This document shows, one piece after another, positions 58,315 to 64,000 of a stretch of 64,000 nt of DNA. This DNA is from an uncultured Gemmatimonadales bacterium (GTDB lineage Bacteria > Gemmatimonadota > Gemmatimonadetes > Longimicrobiales > Gaopeijiaceae). Both the position numbers and the translations under genes were made by a program. The DNA is taken from assembly GCA_963809895.1 (NCBI GenBank), contig CAWELD010000003.1, positions 2,880,001 through 2,944,000 on the forward strand, in the 5' to 3' direction. Numbering within the stretch: the first letter of the stretch is position 1; every line of letters begins with the position of its first letter. Under the pieces are notes generated by a model. The model was not told the DNA's origin and searched no databases. It was given only the letters and a program-made list of their open reading frames with translations.

Positions 58315-59539
58315 ATGCGTCACGGACGTCCCCCTGGTCATCCCCACGGCCACTCCTCCTCCAGGACGGGTCCCCTCGGGATGACGCTCGACTTCGACCA
58401 GGCGCCCTTCCTGGTCATCTGGGAGACCACCCAGGCCTGTGACCTGGCGTGCAAGCACTGTCGGGCCGAGGCCCAGCCGCTGCCGCCACCCGACGAGCTG
58501 ACCACGGCCGAGGCAAAGAAGCTACTGGAGGACGTGCGGCGCTTCGGCCCCATCATCTTCGTCTTCTCCGGCGGTGACGCGCTGAAGCGGCCCGACATCG
58601 TGGAGCTGACCCGCTACGGCACCGAGCTGGGACTGCGCATGGCCATCACGCCGGCCACCACGCCGCTGTGCTCCGAGGAGAAGCTGCGCGAGCTCCACGA
58701 GGCCGGGATGGCCCGGCTGGCGGTGAGCCTGGACGGCTCCGACGTCGGCGGTCCACGACGAGTTCCGCAGGTGCAGGGTTCGTTCGACCACGGACTCCGG
58801 ATCCTGCGCACCGCCCGGGAGATCGGCATGTCCACCCAGGTGAACACGGTCGTCGCCCGCCACAACGTGAACGACTTCCGCGTGATGGCCGAGCTGCTCT
58901 CGGAGCTCGGGATCGTCTTCTGGGAGGTCTTCTTCCTCGATCCCCATGGGGCGCGCGCGCCCGGAGGACGTGGCCGGCGCAGAGGCTTTCGAGCGCGTGT
59001 TCAACGAGCTCTACGACTGCCAAGAGGTGCCGTTCGACATCAAGGCCACGGCCGCGCCCCAATACTCGCGCGTGGTGCTCCAGCGGAAGGTCGCGGAGCG
59101 GCGAGAAGGGATGCGGGACGGAGGCGTCGGACGTGCTCACCGACGGTGTCGGCCCACTCCCTGAGCGACGGCATCGGCCGGGCCCGGGGCGTGAACGACG
59201 GCGACGGCTTCATGTTCGTGAGCCACGTCGGGCGACATCTTCCCGTCGGGCTTCCTCCCCATGTCGGCGGGCAACGTCCGCACCCACGACCTGGTGGACA
59301 TCTACCGCAACGCTCCGCTCTTCCGGCAGCTCCGCGACCGGTCAGCTCTCAAGGGCAAGTGCGCGGTCTGCGAGTACCTGCGCGTGTGCGGGGGGAGCCG
59401 GGCGCGGGCCTACGCGGTCACCGGCGATCCCCTGGAGGCCGAGCCCTTCTGCGCCCACATCCCGAAGCGGTACCAGCGGATGGTGGAGGCCGGTGAGGCC
59501 GAGCCGGTGGATCCGTACTTCGCCAGCGAGGGCTCTTGA
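58315..59539 (+). CDS. Radical SAM/SPASM protein (TIGR04053-like, NirJ/AhbD-related); several frameshifts between 58.9 and 59.25 kb
   Basis: GAGGT RBS, WETTQACDLACKHC, SGGD, VSLDG; later frames give PMGRA, IKATAAPQYSRV, GVNDGDGFMFVSH, KGKCAVCEY...CGGSRARAYA. Confidence 0.85.
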
Positions 59540-59589
59540 TCGGGGGATAGCGCCTCGATCCATGGAGGGAGGGCGACGTGAGAACGGCG

Positions 59590-59946
59590 CCACCCGTGCC
59601 GTCGCAGGCGCTTCAGCAGGTAGCGCCGCAAGGCACCGCGTTGTTGCGCTCGGTGTCGCGGGCTGCGTATACGAGCGTCGCCGGCCCTTCCCTGACGGCG
59701 TCGAGAAGCGTCACGAGGCCGTCGGGATCGCCATCCAACTCGGCGTGGTATCGCCGGAGTAGTTCGTCCCAGCGCTCCGGGTCCCGGTCGTACCAGCGCT
59801 GCGGACGTCGTTCGGTGCGACGTAGCCGAGCTACGCCTCGCTCGCTCGCCTTCCCTGCTCACTCCCGCGGCCAGAGTCGGTCCACCAGGAAGCGCCGGCC
59901 AACGTCGTCGGGCGGCGCGTCGTGACCCGCCGGACCAGGTTCGCAT
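59590..59946 (-). CDS. DUF488 (YeaO-like) protein, multiply frameshifted and absent from the ORF track
   Basis: Manual translation across frames: GRRFLVDRLWPR, QRWYDRDPERWDELLRRYHAEL, TLVYAARDTERNNAV, LRRYL. GAGGT RBS before ATG 59946; end approximate. Confidence 0.75.
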
Positions 59947-59963
59947 GGAACCTCGCCCCGGGC

Positions 59964-61232
59964 TCAGGAACCCGCGGACCCCCGGGCCGAGCCCCCGCCA
60001 GGCGCTCCGCAGTCCGTCGCGCCTCCGCCAGCCGCCCGGGAATCCCGGGCCGCCCATCCAGTTCGCCGCGACGTGAAGCCGCTTGGGAGGCCCAGCCCTG
60101 CAGGGCGCCCCAGGACCCGTCCCAGGCGGGCATGACCTCGCGCTCGACGGCGAGGGGCCGCGCGTCGTACCCGGTGCAGGTCCGGAACTCATCGACCGCG
60201 AGGCGGGCCAGCTCGGTGTCGGGCAGTTCGACGACTTCCGGGCGGCGCCGCCCAGGTATGCCGTGTACACGTTCCGTCGGCCGAACATGGAGTGGTTGTA
60301 CGTGACGCCCCGGAGCGCGAGGTGCTCCGTGAAGGCGACCTGAAAGCCGAGTCCCTCGAGGTCCGTCTCGGCGTCGAGATGCACCACCGCCAGCGGGTTG
60401 TAGTGGAGGGACCGAAGCGCGCCGGCGGCGTCCGGCGCGACGGAATCCAGCAGGGTCGCCACGGCCGGCGCCGGAGCGGTGAACACCACCTGCTCGGCGT
60501 CCAGAGGCCGCCATCGACCTCGAGGCACCCGCCCGTGCGCTCCGCTCGCGGGCCTCGCACGGGCGCACCGAGACGCACGCCTCACCCAGAGATCGCGCGA
60601 GGGCGTTCGGCAGGGTCTGCATGCCCTCCCGGAACGACAGGGCCGGCGGGGGCACGATGCGCCCGCCGCGCCGCAACAGAGGAAGCACGAGACTCCGGCG
60701 AATACCGAACTCGCGTCAGCACGTGTCCCAGTGACAGCCCGACCACCATGTCCGCGGGATCGGAGCCGTAGAGGCCTCCGTAGAGGGGCGCTACGAGCGT
60801 CTCGTAGATCTCCCGTCCGACCTTCCGCGTGAAGTAGCGGGCTACGCGTTCCCCGGGATCGGCACCGGAGGTGAGGGGCTCGAGGGCGAGGCGCAGCTTC
60901 GCCATGGGGCTCACGATGTCCGAGCGCAGGAAGTCGCCCGCCGAGAACGGAACGCGCCGTAAGCGCTTCTTCCGGTACACGAACAGGCCCAGCCCGGAGG
61001 GTGCGATGAGCGCCTCTCCCTCCAGCTCGAGATCCTCCACCAGATCGCGGAGTCCGGACGTCAGGCGTGTACGTTGCGGTCCCCACTCCAGCACGCGATC
61101 CTCGACGCGTGCGCTCCGGATGACACCGCCGGGCCGGTCGGAAGCCTCCAGGACCACGAAGTCCACCTGCCGGCGACTCAGCTCCCATCCCAGAACGAGC
61201 CCGGTGATCCCTCCCCCCACGACGGCGATCAT
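59964..61232 (-). CDS. hemY: HemY-type (copro/protoporphyrinogen) oxidase, frameshifted
   Basis: IAVVGGGITGL FAD motif, LEASDRPGGVIRS, EWGPQ, GLYGSDP, SFREGMQTL, LHYNPLAVVHL, GLGFQV, PGIPGRL spread over three frames; end approximate. Confidence 0.85.
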
Positions 61233-62326
61233 GCTTCTGCGCGGTGCTCGCCCGGCTCGCGGGGGTGACGTACGGGCGGGGGCAGGTCTCGCGCCCCGTT
61301 GGTGCACCACGTGTCGTCCAGTGGGCAACAGCGGCACGCGGAAAGTACCCCGGGACGCGTCGGGTCCTCGGCCATCGCCTGGCTCACCAGGTCCGCCAGG
61401 AAGCGCGGAAAGCGTGGATCGTCGTGCGGCACGGGGACGCGGTGCATCTCCTTGCCGAGGCTCTCGACGAAGGCTCCGAGTTCGTGATCGAGCTCCGCCA
61501 GCGTTTCGGATTGCTCGTGCATGAACGAGATCGGCACCACCACGAGCCGCCGTTCCGGGCGACGGCGAACGGCGTCGTCGTTGTCAGGCTGTGTCCATCG
61601 GATGCGGCGGTTGGTGTGATTCTGGAAGCCGACCTCGTATCGGTCGGCGCGCAGTGCGTGGGCGATGTCACGGCAGTGCTCGTAGACGTAGCGATCGTAC
61701 CTGTTCCCGTCGGACAGGTAGCGCACCGGTGTGCCGTGGACGGAGAAGTACAGGAGCGTGTCCGGATCGCTCAGGTCGAGGCCGCCGCTCGCCAGGAAGG
61801 ACCTCAGGTGCTCGACGAGCATGCTCCGATAGGCGGGGTGGTGATGCCAGCCTGCGATCCCGACGAAGCGCGGCGTCCACCCGACCTCATCGAGGGCCGC
61901 GCGCACGTCACGGAGCGCGGCGGCGGTCGTGGAATGCCCGCACATGGGATAGACCGGAAGCGCCACCAGCGTGTCGACGCCGTCGGCTCTGGCCTCCGCC
62001 ACCTTCTCCTGGATGGAGGGCTCGGTGAACTGGAAGGCGGAGTAGACGCGCGCGTCTCGACCCCGTGACCGCAGCTCCGTCTCCAGTGCGTGGGCCTGGG
62101 CATCGGCCTGGCCGTTGAGGGGTGAGCCTCCGATGGCGGCGTAGTCGCTTACCAGACCGGGTGCCCTGTCCGCCGCGAGCTGCCGGGCGCGCGAGACCGC
62201 CGCCGCGTCGGCGTGGCCTTCCAGGCTCGCGTTCTGGAGGAAGATCCTCTCCAGGTAGGGGCGCGCCTTCTCGAGGGTCGCCTCGTCGGGCTCACCGAAA
62301 TTCAGGATCAGGACTCCGATGGACAC
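61229..62326 (-). CDS. hemH: Ferrochelatase (HemH/CpfC) with Cys-rich C-terminus
   Basis: GVLILNFGEP, YAAIGGSPL, LPVYP, FSVHGTP, WTQP, PISFMHEQSETLAELD. Confidence 0.93.
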   Translation of the reverse strand: MSIGVLILNFGEPDEATLEKARPYLERIFLQNASLEGHADAAAVSRARQLAADRAPGLVSDYAAIGGSPLNGQADAQAHALETELRSRGRDARVYSAFQFTEPSIQEKVAEARADGVDTLVALPVYPMCGHSTTAAALRDVRAALDEVGWTPRFVGIAGWHHHPAYRSMLVEHLRSFLASGGLDLSDPDTLLYFSVHGTPVRYLSDGNRYDRYVYEHCRDIAHALRADRYEVGFQNHTNRRIRWTQPDNDDAVRRRPERRLVVVPISFMHEQSETLAELDHELGAFVESLGKEMHRVPVPHDDPRFPRFLADLVSQAMAEDPTRPGVLSACRCCPLDDTWCTNGARDLPPPVRHPREPGEHRAEA

Positions 62327-62374
62327 GTCACGGGCTCCGGTGGGGTGGGTGCGCAGGGCCTCGTGGAGGTGGGG

Positions 62375-63418
62375 TCAACCCGCTTTGCGAAGCGACTGTT
62401 CGTGTACGCGGTCGACCAGGAAGGCCACCTGGTCGGGATCCGTCGTGCGGTGGATTCCGTGTCCCAGGTTGAACACGTGGGCGGCGGCGCCGGAGCCTTC
62501 CTTCAGCACGTCGTCCACGGCGGCGGCCAGCTCGCTGCGGGGAGCGAACAGCGCCGCCGGGTCGAGATTGCCCTGGACCACCACATCTTCGCCCAGATCC
62601 TGCACGGCCCTGGACAGGGGGAGCGTCCAGTCGATGCCCACCACGTCGGCGTCGAGCTCCCGCACATCGGAGAGCAGGGTCGCGCCGGCATTCGCGAAGT
62701 AGATGACCGGACGGTCCACCTGCGCACGGATGGCCGCGACGGTGTCCTTCAGAACCGGGAGAACGTGGCGGCGGTAGCTCTGCGGGCCGAGGAGTCCCGC
62801 CCAGGAGTCGAAGAGCATGAGGGCGTCGGCGCCCGCCCTCGCCTGGGCGACGAGATAGGCCGCCATGGACGTTCCGAGGAGGCGCAGCAGGCGGTTGGCG
62901 GTCTCCGGCTCGGCGTGCAGGAAGGCACGAGCCGTGGCGAAGTCCTTGGATCCGCTCCCTTCGACGAGATAACAGAAGAGCGTGAAGGGCGCCCCGGCGA
63001 AGCCGATGAGGGCGGCGTCGCGACGGAGCTCGGCCCGCACCAGGCGCAGCGCCTCCATGACGAAGCCCGCGCTCTCTTCGGGCACGAGCGCCCGGAGAGC
63101 TTCCACGTCGCTTGCGGAGCGGATGGGCCGGTCCAGGACCGGCCCCGGCGCGAAGTCCAGGCCCACTCCCATTCCCTCCAGGGGCGTCATGATGTCGCTG
63201 AAGAGGATGGCGGCGTCCAACGGGAAGCGCTCCACGGGTTGGAGCGTGATGCGTGCCGCGACGTCGGGGGTCTTGGTGGCGGTGAGGAAGTCGACGTGCT
63301 CGCGCAGCTTGCGGTACTCCGGCAGGTATCGCCCCGCCTGCCGCATGATCCAGACGGGTGGGCGCGGTCCACGGATCCCCCGACAGGCCTGCTCGAAGAG
63401 CGTCTTGGGCTCAGGCAT
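62375..63418 (-). CDS. hemE: Uroporphyrinogen decarboxylase
   Basis: [55 protein letters not shown]. Confidence 0.97.
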   Translation of the reverse strand: MPEPKTLFEQACRGIRGPRPPVWIMRQAGRYLPEYRKLREHVDFLTATKTPDVAARITLQPVERFPLDAAILFSDIMTPLEGMGVGLDFAPGPVLDRPIRSASDVEALRALVPEESAGFVMEALRLVRAELRRDAALIGFAGAPFTLFCYLVEGSGSKDFATARAFLHAEPETANRLLRLLGTSMAAYLVAQARAGADALMLFDSWAGLLGPQSYRRHVLPVLKDTVAAIRAQVDRPVIYFANAGATLLSDVRELDADVVGIDWTLPLSRAVQDLGEDVVVQGNLDPAALFAPRSELAAAVDDVLKEGSGAAAHVFNLGHGIHRTTDPDQVAFLVDRVHEQSLRKAG

Positions 63419-64000
63419 CGGGGAAATCTTCTTCCGTCATGACGTCCTCGGCGGCGTCCAGGGTACGCTCGACGTCCTCGGGGGTGTGCGCGAACGACCA
63501 GAACCACGCCTCGAAGGGGCTGGGCGGCAGGTGGATGCCCCGGTTCAGAAGCCCATGGAAGAGGGCCGTGAACCGCTCCCGGCTCGCCGCCGAGGCCGAG
63601 GGCCAGTCGATCACCGGTGTCTCGGAGAAGAAGAGCGACCCCATGCCACCCACACGGTTCCACCGCAGCGGGATTCCGAGCCGACGGCCCAGGTCCGAGA
63701 AGCCCTCGTCGAAGGCCCTGCCGAGGGCTTCCAGGTGCTCGTACACGGCCCGACTCCTCGTCGATGTATCGGAGCGTCGCCAGGCCTGCCGCCACGGCCA
63801 GCGGGTTGCCCGAGAGCGTGCCCGCCTGGTAGACGGGACCGTCGGGGGCGATCTGGCGCATGAGGTCGGCCCTGCCCCCGTACGCACCCACCGGAAGGCC
63901 TCCGCCGATGACCTTGCCGAGGGTCGTGAGGTCCGGCGTGATTCCGTAGCGTCCCTGTGCTCCCTGGGGGCCGACGCGGAAGCCCGTCATGACTTCGTCG
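63411..64000 (-). CDS. hemL: Glutamate-1-semialdehyde 2,1-aminomutase, 3' part; frameshift near 63750
   Basis: [42 protein letters not shown], then in another frame [13 protein letters not shown]. Confidence 0.93.

Noticed and set aside
58315..59539. RiPP maturase (PqqE/mycofactocin-like) role for the radical SAM
   Set aside because: No precursor peptide, PqqD/RRE domain or dedicated transporter nearby; the heme context fits better.

Overview
A very GC-rich (visually about 70%), gene-dense bacterial chromosomal segment with about 60 coding regions. No rRNA, tRNA, CRISPR array, integrase or transposase was recognised. The gene content (BIG2 lipoprotein, plug-only TonB lipoprotein, TIGR02999-type ECF sigma plus TPR kinase, many signal-peptide hydrolases) suggests Gemmatimonadota; this is inference only. 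All family assignments come from motif recognition by eye, not database searches. Two candidate undescribed systems have their regulatory wiring visible in the DNA. (1) 9.2-16.8 kb: an ECF sigma and a membrane Ser/Thr kinase-TPR sit next to two divergent operons of five exported proteins (an OmpA lipoprotein, two paralogous lipoproteins, a Cys-containing secreted protein and a C-terminally anchored protein). The operons are separated by two back-to-back copies of CCCTG(G/T)CCCC-N16-CGTCTGG. (2) 49.5-56.6 kb: a sigma54 promoter with tandem enhancer-like sites precedes a four-gene redox operon (4-His cytochrome b561-like protein, a second His-containing membrane protein, two Tat-exported Rieske proteins). 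Beside it are a sigma54 activator, a sensor kinase, a beta-barrel protein and a small PstS-fold protein. Further on are cupredoxin, DUF4142, a Cys-rich regulator, a radical SAM/SPASM gene and a hemL-hemE-hemH-hemY operon. Also present: a HipA-like kinase/DUF3037 pair, a ComD/ComE-like decarboxylase with a cyclase, and a TetR-lactonase unit next to an Ntn acylase. Six genes carry frameshifts that look like long-read indel errors.
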